Source: Octopus vulgaris
Taxonomy: Eukaryota
Direction: 5' to 3'
DNA: 64,000 bases
NCBI GenBank assembly: GCA_951406725.2
Contig: OX597814.1
Coordinates: forward strand, 151,962,001 to 152,026,000
Every line of letters begins with the position of its first letter. The first letter of the stretch is position 1. The notes beneath the pieces were generated by a model. It saw nothing but the letters and a program-made list of their open reading frames with translations. It was not told the origin of the DNA and ran no database searches. This document shows positions 1 through 13,991 of this stretch, piece by piece. The position numbers and the translations under genes were made by a program.

Positions 1-37
1 AATCTTAAGAAGAGGTAGAGCAGTAACGTATACTAAA

Positions 38-379
38 CAGTAAAGTGTGTAACCACATCAAGTAGCAGTTGAATATTACAACTAGTTTAACGCCAGGTGG
101 ATTCTTCGCCAGCTGGTTTTCGGTGCAAGCTCTGCACCCTCTATATACAATACATCGCCAACAGGGGGAGCGAACCAATAGCTAAATTGAGCCAAATAGC
201 TCGAAACTGGGCCAGTACAGTGATCCTGTTAGCTGCAAGAGAATAGTTGGGGTTCGCTTCTTCCTGCGTTGTATATACAGAGTGCAGACCTTGCACTTAA
301 AACCAACCGGCGGAGAATCCGCCCGGGGTTAAACTAGTAGTAACATTCAGCTGCCACTTTGATGTGGCTACTCGCTTTA

Positions 380-382
<3 letters not shown>
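38..382. mobile_element. Foldback MITE with long imperfect terminal inverted repeats (CAGTAAAG termini)
   Basis: 38-150 (cagtaaagtgtgtaaccacatca...ctctatatacaa) is an imperfect reverse complement of 269-382 (ttgtatatacagag...gctactcgctttactg). The right end abuts (TA)n. Confidence 0.7.
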
Positions 383-444
<62 letters not shown>

Positions 445-451
445 CACACAA

Positions 452-527
<76 letters not shown>

Positions 528-764
528 ATATATATTTATATATATATGTTATATATATATATTATATGTATATATATATATATAGTATATATATTTGTAT
601 ATATGTATATATATATATATATGTATTATATATTTGTATATATGTATATATATATATATAACCGGAGTAAACATATAAATGTGAAACAAGGTGGAAAAAT
701 AGAGTACTCAAATACCAGTGGTAGAGTAATATGCTTTATTTTAAGCAGCAGAAAATTCAACAAA

Positions 765-806
765 ATTTTACTTATGAGTTTCATCGTTGCCGTTCATCAG
801 ACAGTT
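765..806 (-). ncRNA. Degenerate type I hammerhead-ribozyme-like motif in a short module between two (TA)n tracts
   Basis: Minus strand reads actgt-CTGATGA-acggcaacgat-GAAA-ct-cata-ag-TA-aaatt. Core and stem III are present; the 3' strand of stem I is mismatched. AATAAA follows downstream on the same strand (735-740). Confidence 0.4.
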
Positions 807-894
807 TTTGCTAGAATGGAACTTATATATTAATTCCGAATCTATACTTTACAAACGTCACACCTTTAAAAGAAATGGACTTGTTTGATTGGCC

Positions 895-951
<57 letters not shown>

Positions 952-1036
952 ATCGTATATATATATATATATATGTTTTTATATATATATACATATAAAT
1001 ATGTTATATGTATATATATATATATCTAGTGGGTGA

Positions 1037-1084
<48 letters not shown>

Positions 1085-1118
1085 GGTGGCAAAAATATAT
1101 ATATATATGTTTTGATTA

Positions 1119-1185
<67 letters not shown>

Positions 1186-2547
1186 CTATGGTTATCGAAT
1201 ACCTGAAGGGTGTATTCAATGTTTATATTGATGTATGTATGCCTTGTGTATAGGTACGCATGTATGTAATGCTTCAAGGAGTAAAACGCCATATCTTGCA
1301 TAGTTATTGTCTTGTGGTAAAGACTATCTTTAACGCTAAGAACTGAGGCAAAATCCCGAAAGAAATACTGTTGCATGGCTTCATTTTTGGCGTGGATACT
1401 TTACATCATTCAACCAAGTACTGCAGATAGGATAGCATAACGCATACTTGTCTTAAGTGGTTCAGTGAGCTGAAACAGTTGCAGCTCCCCGTGTGAATGT
1501 TTATAGTAACTGGCAAACGTTAGCACCGCTTCAATAATTAAAAAAAATAAAAACAAACACTTGAAATCAGCCTTTATGATTATTTAACACTCTCATGCAC
1601 ACGCGAATACAGATATGCGTATACACCTTAATACAAGTTTGGAGTCCAGTAGTAGCAGAGATGTATATATATTTTCCAGTCTCTTTGATGACAGAAATTT
1701 AGCACTGTAAGTGTGAAAAGTGTACTACTGAGACATATGTTTTCACAAACAGACGCACACAAACAGATACACGTATATATTGTATATGCTAGTGTATGCG
1801 TATGTATATATGAATATATATGAATATATATGTGTATGTATATGAATATATATATATTTACATTTATACAAGTATATATATGTAAATGAATATATATATA
1901 TTTACATTTATACAAGTATATATATGTAAATGCATATATATATATGTATGTATGTATATATAACAGAGTAAACTTGCAAGGTACCGCACGGATGAAAATA
2001 TATAGGGAAGAGGGTTTGAAAATGCAGAGGTCTTTTAAAGATGTTTATTCACTTTTTTAAAAAAGATTATCAAAAGTAAAATGTAAAGCTTTGTATAAGC
2101 TTTGTTGTGTTAAAAAATGGTTATCATAATTGTTTTCAAATACAGTTATCCAATCTTTGAAAATGATGAGAAAATGTTGAGAGATGATTTTTGTTTAAAC
2201 AGTTTACATGAAAGTGTTCAAAATAGGGAGTAAAATAAATTTATAATTATTTCAAGTTCATCAAAAATCATGGTTGTATAAGAAACATATATACAGAAGG
2301 AAATGTATTTAAGTATTTATACTGAATTTTAGGGGAATAACCAACCTTTCCATTCATCATCTTCTGTCTTGTAGTGTGTGTATTTGAGATGTTTGCTATT
2401 TTTAAACATAGTGTGGGAGGTCGGTTGCTGGGGGAGAGCATTGTGGAATCAAAATGATTTTTTTTGCTTTTGGGCTAGTCTGTCATGGTTCAGTAGTTTT
2501 TGGGACTGGTCTTAGAGTTCAAAATGGTGTGTGTGTCTGTGCACGAT

Positions 2548-2590
<43 letters not shown>

Positions 2591-2639
2591 ATATATATGT
2601 GCTTGTGTTTGGACATAAAACTGGTTATGGCGTACTTGA

Positions 2640-3250
2640 AAATTGTAAACTCCATACATAATAGTCCAGTGGGTTGAGACCTGGTGAATTAGGAGGTCGT
2701 GTCTCTGAGAGGGTATACTTGGATTGTTTAGCCTTATCAGACGGCATAGAGTTTTGTTGGAAGACGTATGGTCTTCCGTTACGTACTCTGTCTATTCAGA
2801 GCCACACAACTTTCTTCAACACCTATGTGTAGACAGCGACATTGACTCTTAAATTCAGTGAAGAAAGTGAGGAGGTATGACATCTTTCTCGCTGCTGATG
2901 ACTCCCAGAACCATCACAGTTGCTGGAAACTGTTGTTCCTCGGTTTACCTTTTGATCTTATCGAAGTTTTTCTCAACTAAAGCATTCCAGCTTCCAGGTG
3001 ATATAACTTGCTTAGCAAGCACTTTGCACGTATTGAACGATTCTCTCTTGTTACATCCGACATAAACTGACCCCTCTGCAGCACATACGACTTGTACAGG
3101 ATGTTCTTACATACAACTCTTCTGATGATGCATTCTAAAACCTTGAGGTCCTTTTCAATGGCTCTAATTGACTTCTCGAGGGTTTTATCGATTGTTTCTT
3201 GGATATTTTGTACAAAGTTCTAATTTTCTGGCAGTATTATGACCCTGCGA
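2640..3250 (-). mobile_element. Degraded Tc1/mariner-superfamily (maT/DD37D-like) transposase remnant
   Basis: Minus-strand peptide pieces with stops and frameshifts: EKNFD..KVNR, FPATVMVLGVISSEKDVIPPHF, GRPYVFQQNS, PPNSPGLNPLDYYVW. Confidence 0.75.
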
Positions 3251-3375
3251 TTGCGTCTTGCATTTAGTTGCTACCCGGTCAGCAGCTTCAAGCTCCTTTT
3301 GACCTTTGACAACGAAGGTTCAAGCGAGCTATCTCTGTATCACTGTGCTGTACTTTTTGGGCACCATTTGCTGAG

Positions 3376-3615
3376 TCAACCAGCAAAGTGTTTTGGTGTA
3401 CGACCTTTCAAGTATAAGCACCGTATTACTGATCTGCATTCAACTGCTTCCTTAGCCCGCTTCAGCAGCCGTAAAAGACAAACGAATAAAAGTGGTAAGC
3501 TGCAATTTACAATGTGACATATAGAGAGATGTATGATTATACCTGTACAAGTTCCGTTTCCTGCAATAACTGGAAGTGGGTCAATGTAAATCTTTGATGA
3601 ACACTCCTCGTGTGT
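3376..3615 (-). mobile_element. 5' fragment of a mariner related to the copy at 17 kb
   Basis: VECRSVIRCLYLKGRTP matches VECRAVIRFLYLKGRTP of the 17317-17796 ORF. A TIR-like cgaggagtgttcatcaaaga lies near 3590-3610. Confidence 0.6.
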
Positions 3616-3619
3616 GTAT

Positions 3620-3633
3620 ATAATAATAATGAT

Positions 3634-3707
<74 letters not shown>

Positions 3708-4130
3708 TGATGATGATGATGATAATAATAATGTTATATATGTGTGTGTATGCATGCATGAATGTATGTGAATAGGTATGTATGGATGTACATAAGCATG
3801 TATGTATGTGTGTGTTTATGTATGTATGTATGTATGCAATTATGCATGTATGTAAGTATGTATTTATGTATGTATGCAATTATGCATGCATGTATGTATG
3901 TATATATGTATGCATGTATGTATGTATGTATGTATGTATGTATGTATGTATGTATGTATGTATGTATGTATGTATGCATGCATGCATGCATGCATGTATG
4001 TATGTATGTATGTATGTATGTATGTATGTATGTATGTATGCATGCATGCATGCATGCATGCATGTATATATGTATGTATGTATGTATGTATTGTATGTAT
4101 GTATGCATGTATGCATGTGTGAGTGAGTGA
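3620..4130. repeat. Compound microsatellite (AAT)n-(GAT)n-(TATG/CATG)n, representative of many such tracts
   Basis: Read directly. Similar tracts at 383-660, 899-1185, 13590-13800, 16578-16800, 22690-22800, 24060-24200, 45580-45790, 49155-49510, 51830-52130 and 55310-55430. Confidence 0.98.
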
Positions 4131-7087
4131 GTGAAGTGTTTATGCACATCGTTAATAGGGAAAAGTCGTAATTCGAAACGAACTGCAACAACGAAATGCC
4201 ATGTTCACGTTCGACTGTGCAGAACGTATAAAGGATAGATGTACCCATCATAAATATTTGTGTGAATGTTTCACTTTAACGCAACAACTAGCAAAAGAAA
4301 ATGTGTCACATCGAAGCCTACACTGAGGAGATCAGTGCAGTAAGTGAACCGACTGTAACCCGAAATTGAGACCTTCTTGCTTCCTGTACTATGAGCTTTG
4401 TCAACGTATTTCTATGTTATATAAAACTATTGAATAGCATAACACTGGTTAAATTTTGAGAATTTTGGAAGGTTATTACAGTTTTATGTCGCGTATTGAA
4501 TAACAAAATTAATAATATAGTTGTAGATGCGTTTATTTTGAGAATCATTCTCCACATTGAAATCTGTGAAGAAAATAGACTAACTGCAGACATAGCCACG
4601 TACACCAAAAGAATGTACATCGTCTTCGTTGTTTATTGTTTCGCTCACTGGACTAGAAAATTAACTGTACAAGCTATGTCTATGCAGATATGTACGCATG
4701 CGTGTATAGATAGTGTGTGTAAGAATTTTATATCCAGATACAAATACATATACACATAAACACACACACGCAAGCACTCCACTCACACACACACACACAA
4801 TATATATATATATATGCATATATATATATGCATATATATATATACATATATATACACACGTGTGTGTTTGTGTGTGTGTGTGTGTGTGTATACACACGCA
4901 CTCACCTCCTACACACATTTAACAGGTGTATGTGGTAGCAGTTTTACGGATGTGTGTTTTTAATAGATAGCTTTTGTTGTTGCTTATTAAAGAATGCCAG
5001 AGATAAAGCTAATAAGGTTAAAGCAGTTTATATAGATGTGTATATTTGTATCTTTTGTTAATAAATCTGCAAAGAGTTGTTGAACTCTTTTTCTTTTAAA
5101 GATAAGAATATACAATCGTTTACTGGATGTGATTCGGAATTCGAAAATATGTTTTTGTTATATCTATCACCCAATGGTCTGGTTGTACGCTATTTACTTT
5201 CAATGAATCTACGTTCGATATAAATATTGAAAAATTCAGGAGAGATATGTTAAATTTCTTGTGGTTGTTTGAAATCTGGCTTTTGATAACAAAATATAAG
5301 ACATGTTTATTCCGGTAATTTTAAATAATGAAACTAGAAACGTAAGGATACTTATCATAAATGGAACGAAATACAGGGAGTTTGGAAAAATAAACAGATC
5401 TAAGTTTGAAGAAATGCCTTTAGGATCTATAGATAATTTCGTTGATAAATCGTGCGAAATATACAAGATAGGCGCAGATGTTTTTGAGGTTTGGAAATGA
5501 AAAGTAACTAACTTGATTAGAGAAAGGATAAGAATGGATTTGGTTAAAGTAAAAGAGTAAGCTCTTTGGAAATGCGAAGTCAAAGAGTACGTAAGTGAGA
5601 TATATGATAAGAATAGTGTTGTGCCAACGGATAAGTAATTTCGTGGTTATATGTAAAAAAAGTACTATTTGATGATGTTACTCAAAGAGTTGAGAATGAA
5701 TAGTGATTATAATTTCAGTGGTGATAAGATATATAAAGCGGTGTCAGAGGATAATATATTGATCGATAGTTTAGTTCCTAAAGTAGGAAAGTCAGACAAT
5801 AGTAGTGTAAGGAGAAAAATAGATGCATAATTAAATCGTTTTGGATTCCGAAAATACATAATATACCGTACAAAAGTAGATTTATAGCTAGCGTTTGCAA
5901 GAGTACAAAGAGAACTGTTGCATTCTAAACAACGTATTTATGTTATTCGAACGGCTTTTGTGAGATATATTGCAATGCAATACAAAAACTTCTAGTATAA
6001 AATTTGTTGTGGAGTAATAGATCTGAATTCCTGAGTATATATTCACTGGCGTAAAGGAAATTAAAAGCCATGCATGTGATTGTTCTTTGCTACGTGCAAA
6101 TTTAGATTTATAACTGAAGGCAGATGAAGATGAAGCAATGGATCTGGCTTTTGTTGAATAATATGAATGTAAATTGCTTTAGGATGGTAAAACTGTTTTG
6201 TCTAAGGTAACATATAATGGATATATACGAGTTGGACAAGGGAAAAGCTGAAAGGAATTAGATTTGTGATTAGCAATGAATGCTAATTTCGATTTCAGAT
6301 AGTGTTTAACTTAGGAGCATCACTACGGATTTTAAATGTAGTCCTTCGTTTACTGATGTATTCATTATCGTGTGAGTTTAGTTTTCTTAACAATTTGTGC
6401 AAAAAGAAAAAAAAATCGATCGGTTTGATTAAGCAGTGGAGTGGATGTTGTAAGGTAAATAGATGATATTCTTGTTTCTAATTTCCTTTCTTGATTTTAC
6501 TTCATAAAATTTGTCCTCGTGATTTGAAAGCGAATCGAAGTGGTTTTGATGTTAAAATGCTATTATTTAGATGTTATGATAGAGGATAGTAATAATATTA
6601 ATTAATGTTTATAATATAAAGAATGATTTTAATTTTAAAGTGACGGTAATGCCTTATGTTTCTAGCTGCATTCCAGATAGTTTGGGTTACAGCTTGTTTT
6701 CCAAGATAGTTTGGGTTTACGGCAGAATAAATAATCATTTTGAATTATTCACAGATAAATTAAATCATCCAATGGAACGAATCATAAAGCTAGGACAACT
6801 CAGTAAATTAGTAATTAAATATTTTAATTGAAACTTTCATATACACGGTGATAGTTTGAAAATTTACATTTTATATTAATATATTATAACTCTGAATTTA
6901 CCTGAATTCCATAAAGTGCAAATTTTAGCGAGAACTTCATGACCTATGCAAGAAGATATTCTCACTTTATTTGTCTATTATTATTAATATAATAAATCAA
7001 ATGCATACTGGTAGTTCTCCCGGCTCTTCACGTTCTGAGTTCAAATTCCGCCGAGGTCGACTTTGCCTTTCAAAGAAAAAAAAAAAA

Positions 7088-7300
7088 GGCGAGCTGGCAG
7101 AATCGTTAGCACGCCGGGCGAAATGCTTAGCGGTATTTCGTCTGCCGTTATGTTCTGAGTTCAAATTCCGCCGAGGTCGACTTTGCCTTTCATCCTTTCG
7201 AGGTCGATAAAATAAATACCAGTTACGTACTGGGGTCGATGTAATCGACTGGTCCCCTTCCACCAAATATCAGGTCTTATGCCTATGGCAGAAAGGATTA
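7088..7300 (+). mobile_element. tRNA-headed SINE, family A (GGCGAGCTGGCAGAATCGTTAGC...)
   Basis: A-box-like TGGCAGAATCGTTAG and B-box-like GAGTTCAAATTCC, then the conserved body GACTTTGCCTTTCATCCTTTCG. More than ten copies in this window; a partial duplicate precedes it at about 7020-7071. Confidence 0.85.
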
Positions 7301-9143
7301 TTATTATAATAAATAGTCTGTATATGACTGGTGATTTGATGTCAAATTTTAAATGGCAAAGTACTTTTGATATAAATTTTGCAATCGAAGGACGATATTT
7401 GATTTAAGGAGGTCTCATCCTTTGCGGAACATTTGGAATCTCGTTTGTGGATAATACCTGGTTATATAATAAAAGGCCTTAGCCTAGTGATGATGGCCAA
7501 ACATGCGTGTATCTATATATATATATTTAAATCATGTTGTTTGCCAGAATCATGATATCATGTCAAAGATAGCCTATAAGGATATATATATTTATTTTAA
7601 TAAATATGCTTTGTTTTATTTTCGCGTGTCTTATCGTTTGTATTTCTTTGTATATTAGAATATTTCTGCCCTAAATTTTGACTTAATTCTATTTTGTACA
7701 AAACCATAGAGAACATTAAGTGAATTTCGCACAAGAATATTCTAGCTGTATTTGAAGAATACTCTCATACACATGCATCAGTGTTTTCTAAATTGGTACA
7801 AACAGACGATAGAATATCGCTTCATTTTCTAATTCTCATGTTATATGTATGTATATGTATGTGTGTGTGTGTTGGTTAAAGATTTTACTAAAGTGTAGCA
7901 GCGACATACTGAAATGAAACGGTTGGCCTGATACAGCATTATACTTTCAAATAATTTTGTCAAGGGTTCAAATACACTTTCTCCAACTCTCTATTTACCA
8001 TTCATATCACTTTTAATTCCCTAAACACAAAGTTCTATATTCCAGTATAAAGCTATATGAAAATCTTAATTTTCCATTTATTGCAGAATGTACTAAAACT
8101 CACCTTTTTTTCAGTTCTACATCTGTTCGCCCTAACAGACTCGTTCATTTATCCACCCCCATCCTTCCGATCAGAAGCAAACCCCGTTTGCTGTTGGTTG
8201 TGTTCTTCAGCTGATATATACTATTTTACACTTGTAGTGGTTCCAACCAAACAGTTGTGACCATGCTAGACAAAAAGAACAAAGAATCTTTTGCCAATAA
8301 CATTTCTCGGTTGATTCTATGTTGAAAAGATGAATAGAATCAACAGTTTTCCCTGTGTAACAAAATAAATAAATACATAACTACAACGCTTGTGACGAGT
8401 TAGATTGCTGTCGCCTATGAACCGGATTGTGTCAGGATTTATAGATAAACTCTCTCTTTTATTTCTCACCAGTGACATTCACACACAACTTATATGGCTT
8501 TCCTGAATTCTACATTACAGGAAAGACATACTGGAATTATAATTCACGCTCTGGTGAAATTGACTACTCTTACGACAATCTCAACAAATTTAGTTTTGCG
8601 TCAATTCAATTACCAACGTGTTTTCCTGTAAACAAAAAGCGATTTGAACAGTCACAATCTGAAAACCTGTAATATTGAATTACTTTCTAATACAATGTCG
8701 CAACTAAAGTCGTGTCTTGCTTCTTTCCTTGTCTTTGTAATATAGTCCACCAACAGTATTGTTTCAAACAGCATTTATGTAAAATATGCGGCATGTTATT
8801 AAATAATTTGGAGTTGTGAAGCCACAGTATCGCAGATTCTAATTTCCGAATCATATAAAAGAATTTTCAGTTGAATAACTTTCATTTTCACTTGACCGAC
8901 ATTATTTTTATAACCCACTATCCTTATAATAAATAGTAGTGGATGATAGAATAGGTGGTGCGGCAGAAAAGGTGCCTTGCGATACTTGTCCATTTTCTGT
9001 TCTCAGGTTCGAATCTTATTGAGGTTCAGTCCACGTTTCATTTTTTCGGTGTCAATAATATAATATCAGTCATGTACTGGGATCGATATAATCTATTATA
9101 TTCTTCTTCAAAACTATACTAGAAATTATTGTTATAATTATTA

Positions 9144-9930
9144 AGGTGGTGAGTTGACAGAACCGCTAGCACGCCAGACAAAATGCTCAACAGCGTTTTT
9201 TCCGCCTTTACGTTCTAAGTTCAAATACCGCCGAGATCGACTTTGCATTCATTTTTTCGTAGTCGATGAAATCAGTCAAGCACTGGGATCGATGTAATCA
9301 ACTAACCCCCACCCCAAAATTTCAGGCCTTGTGTCTATAACGGAAAGGATTATTATCATTATTGAGGCAACGATATAGCAGAACCACTTGTACGCCGGAA
9401 AAAGTACTTAGTGGTATTTCTTCCGGCTTTACTTTCTAAGTTTAAAATTCTGCCGAGATCGATTTTGCTTTTATCTTTTCGGAGTCGATGAAATAAATAC
9501 CAGTTAAATACTGAGGTCGGTTGGCCTCTCACAAAACTTCAGGCCCTGTGCCTATACTAGAAAAGATTATTATTAAGGATACTTGATAGCAGAACCAGCA
9601 GCACACTGATGGACAAGATACCTTGAGGTGTTTAGTTAGTCGTAAAACGGCTAAATAAAATCACTAAGAGTCAACTTAGCGTTTCGCTCTTCAAGTAATG
9701 AGTTCATTTAAATCGATTAACCTACTTCTCTTAAATTTATAGCCTTGAGTTTATGTAAGAAATTTTTTATTATATTTTCAACAGTCCGGCTCTTTACGTT
9801 CTTACCTCAAATTCCACGGAATTCAACTTTGTCATCGACCTTTCGGGATCACTAAAATAGAATACCAGTCAAGTACTGGGGTTCGTGGAACCGGCTAATT
9901 TCTACCATCATAATTGTTGGTATTATGTCT
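9144..9930 (+). mobile_element. Tandem cluster of about four diverged family-A SINEs
   Basis: Successive head/body copies starting near 9144, 9365, 9580 and 9790, separated by (tta)-rich tails. Confidence 0.7.
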
Positions 9931-10499
9931 AAATCAAGTCATTATTACATTTTCAACAGTTACACGAGTTTCTACTTCGCTACAAGGTGTGTTATTGTGT
10001 TTTCGAGGTGTCTCCAGCATTGTCTTTCGAGCATATAGATTTGCAGTAGTTTCATTTGGCTCTGGACTTTGGTTTATTGCTTTTGCTATTATTTAAGCAC
10101 ATTTGTCTATTATGTTGAGTATGTGCATAGTGAACTGCATTACTTTATTGTGTGTTGTATGTATTTCGTAAGTTTTGTGATTGGCATTATGTATTATAGT
10201 GTCGGACGGTAACATTGGGATGTTCTGTTATGTTATTGGGTGACATTTAGTGAATAGGAGTTGTTTGAATTGTTGGTGTTATAGAGTCTAACATCCGATT
10301 AAATAAGAGTAATTGCTATGTTAGTTTATGAAGTGGCGAGTGTATAAATTTACTATCATTTTTCAGTAGCTAGTAGAATCGTAAGCGTATCTTATAAAAT
10401 GCGTAGCTGCATTTCTTTCAGTTCTTGAGTTCAAATCTCACAGAGGTCCACTTTTCTTTTAATCGATCCGGGGTCGATAAAACAAAATACCAGTCAAGT

Positions 10500-11173
10500 G
10501 ATCACAAAGAGAAATGGCGCCAATGTGTCGCCCTGGAGTACTCCGACTCTGATATCAAAGAAACTCTTATCTCCATCTAGGGACCTAACTTTTGATTTGG
10601 TGTTATAGAGTGTCATAAGTGCTGCTGTTCTTCTTCAGGGATGCCGCAGGCCAGTAGAATCTTTTCCATTTTATCACGATGGATAGAGCCAAAAGCCTTT
10701 GAGAAATCAACAAATAGTAACCCTGCTACAGATTTTCCGGCTTTTACTCGTTTTATTGTAACAACCTGGATGCTTACCAAAATACTAGAAACCAAGCTAG
10801 CTGGAACTTACACCCGAATGTTAAGAGCGGTCTTAAGCATATCTTGCAGAACTCAACCCACCAAGAAACAGCTGCATGGAAAACTCCTGCATGTTTCCAC
10901 CATTATAAAGGAAAGAGTCTTGCGCTTTGCGGGACATAGCTGGCTAGCTAAAGAGGTGGCAAGTAACCTGCTGCTTTGGATGTCAAATCATAGCCGTTCT
11001 CGAGCACGTCGTCCGAACACAACGTACATATGTCAACTGACCAGAAACACAGGACGTCTCATTGAAGATCTCCTTCAACGAATGCTGAACCGAGATGAAT
11101 GGTATGTACGAGTTAAAAATGTCCGAACAAGCTCGACCAGATGATAATGATGATGATAGTGATGATGATGATG
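10500..11173 (+). mobile_element. 5'-truncated, 5'-inverted RTE-like LINE inserted into a family-A SINE
   Basis: About 10500-10758 encodes RT motifs on the minus strand (LLFVDFSKAFGSIHR; GVLQGDTLAPFLFVI). About 10761-11144 encodes the ORF2 C-terminus on the plus strand (TRMLRAVL..LRFAGH..RDEW), followed by a (GAT)n tail. Flanked by ACCAGTCAAGT (10489-10499) and ACCAGTAAAGT (11174-11184). Confidence 0.8.
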
Positions 11174-11389
11174 ACCAGTAAAGTCCAGGCATCGATGTAT
11201 CCTCCTTCCCTAAAAATTGCAAGCCTTGTGCCAAATTTTAAAACAATTATCTATAAGTAGTTTTTATCAGCAAATTTTATTGCGTGTTTTCACTACATCA
11301 ACGAACGGAGCTCTGTGAAATTTGGGAATGCATTTAGTTTTATATTTTCGAATTTATTGACTCAACGTAATGCGTGTGCAATATCTAGC

Positions 11390-12800
11390 ATGCTATTTTC
11401 TTTATATCGAGCATATCTTACACCCATATCTTTCGCGGCATATTACAGCAGGTCTTCATCACTATTTATCAAATACTCGGCTAGCGTCCTCCTTTCACTC
11501 CTTATACCATGGTCTATATTAATTAGTCCTTTGCTACCATTCTTTCTTTTTATATACTGGTTGTTTACGTTTTATTTAGGGTGTAGCGCCCCATGCAGCG
11601 TCATCAACTTTCTCGTCCAGTGTTGATATTTCTTCCCTAGTCCATTTGAGGATGGACGTACTTAATCTGACCACTGCAACAGCCCGGATATTCATTGCGG
11701 TAATCAAACTTTTGGCATTTAGGTTGGATTTCAGCACCATCTTTACCCTATTTTGATACGCCTCGTTGACGTTGACTTTCATTTCTCTGTGTAGAATGTC
11801 ATCCAGCTCCAAAATCCCTAAATATCTATACCCACTTCCGTCGGGTTCACCCATGGTCTCTCCTAATGGTAACCGCAATCCTCTGCAAGCTGCTTTCTTC
11901 CCTCTTTTCATATTAAATACTGAGAATTTGGTAATCCCAAATTCCATACTGATGTCCTTACCACATTTCTGGACTGTTTTGGTTAAGGAATCTATCTGTT
12001 TTTCAGATTTTACAAACAATTTCAGGTCATCCATAAACAGAAGATGGTTCAATGATGGGCCTTTCTTCCCACATCGGTAACCGATCTTAACTTTCCTAAG
12101 TATCATTGTTATGGATATTAGTGCAATTACAAAAAGTAACGGAGAAAATGAGTCACCTTGGAAGATTCCCCTTTTAATATTAACTTCTCTAAGGAATACA
12201 TTACTGCAGTACAATTTGGTTTTCCGCTCTTTCATGCTATGCATAAGAAAATTTGTGATATTGTCAGCAACACCAAACATCTGCAGGCATTCAACGATCC
12301 AAGAATGAGGAATCATATCATATGCCTTCTTAAAGTCAATCATTTCCCCTGCATGTCCACCCACCACAGTATCAGGGCTCACTGTATAACATTCCTATTC
12401 CTCATCCTTAACAGCCCCATCACCATTTCCCTGTTCCTCTTGTCTACTCTTCTCTCTGCTTTCAATTCCTACCTCTCTGTTTTCAACTCCAACCATGTTT
12501 GTATGATGTTTTTTACAATGCCTCAAAACAGTTTTATCAATGACCAGGTGATCCTTGGTACCATGAGAACTCTTTCTATATCCTCTTTGTTCCTTTGGTA
12601 TTATTTCTTTCTATGCCAGGAAAGTATGTCTTTGCCGCACATATTCCAGTGAGCATGTTCAGGCATGCTATGGGACTGTAGTTTCCCACAATATTCCCCT
12701 TTCTTCTATCTTTCATTATAAGTGTTGTCCTCCCAGACACCATTCACGCGGTGACTGTACATTTTTGGACACACTCATTCAATTGGGCTGCTAGTCTTTC
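11390..12800 (-). mobile_element. R4/Dong-clade non-LTR retrotransposon, reverse transcriptase fragment (decayed)
   Basis: DFKKAYDMIPHSW, RGIFQGDSFSPLLF, HLLFMDDLKLF, YRYLGI in the 11576-12382 ORF. An upstream piece EQRG..GTKDHLVID and a downstream HGALHPK lie in other frames. Confidence 0.85.
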
Positions 12801-13040
12801 ACGCACTGCGAGGCATCTCTTCAGCCAAATTTCACATGATATGGCACTCTTCTATTTATTTGTGTATAACTTCTGGATGAGTTACCTCGGTCCTATATAG
12901 TCTTAACAAAAAATGAAGTAGACTGACATGTAATTTTGAACCCGTGGAAGGCACGCAAGATGCCTAAATATTGTTCAACAAATTTCACATGATATGGCAC
13001 TCTTCTATTTATTTCTCTAATGATGATGATGATGATGATG

Positions 13041-13078
<38 letters not shown>

Positions 13079-13592
13079 GATGATAATAATATTTGCTTAG
13101 GATTTGTCAAAGCAAAGAGAAAGAAAACATATCTACCAACTTAAGCCCGTCAGATAGATAACATACTTAAATAATTCATAATAGCGCTAGTTTACATAAG
13201 AATCCAATTAATTTTAAAAGAGTCGTATCAAATGCAAAGAAAAATAATTAAACTTATGTTTTGCGCTTTAAAAATATAATAATGTGTCATGTCTGTGAAT
13301 ACAATTTTAAAAGAACCAAAATATACTATTAATTATTTTTGATTTATAGTGGTCGAAAATCACAACATATCCTACATTAAATATGTTAAAATTAATTTAA
13401 CTACATATAAATACGAAGTGCATTACTGTGTGAAGATACACATATAAAGGACAGATGAAAGGAAGTGAGAAAAAATATTACTCAATTTTGGTACTCTCTT
13501 TCATATGTCCTTTGTAAGTGTTTACACTTAGGTTGGTTATCGCTTATGTTCGACAATCAATCTTAAATTAATTTTCAATTAATTTACACATT

Positions 13593-13678
<86 letters not shown>

Positions 13679-13734
13679 AACACACACGTACGTACGTACG
13701 TATGTATGTATGTATGCATCAATTTATCTATCTG

Positions 13735-13802
<68 letters not shown>

Positions 13803-13991
13803 CATAAATACAGATCGTTGCTATTATGCAAAAGTGTCTTAAGTTCAAAACGTTGCTTTTCCAGAAAACAAAAAAATAGTTTCACCGTCCCATTTCTTTT
13901 TTTACATTAGCAACAATTTCAGCTTAACAATAATATTTTGTTGGGCGCATAAAAGCACAACTTTTATGTTGATATTTTCAGTTAGAAATAT

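Noticed and set aside
359-1376. Many YI/IY, MYVC, HT and poly-I ORFs here and throughout the window
   Set aside because: They are translations of (TA)n, (TATG)n, (CA)n and (AAT)n microsatellites, which lack stops in some frames.
4930-6900. Possible very old minus-strand RT/PLE remnant (faint FGI..NYAS and ID.IL resemblance near 5750-5880)
   Set aside because: Too decayed to support by eye; needs a translated HMM search.
7088-7175. tRNA genes at SINE heads
   Set aside because: A and B boxes are present but there is no complete cloverleaf, and they are always followed by the SINE body.
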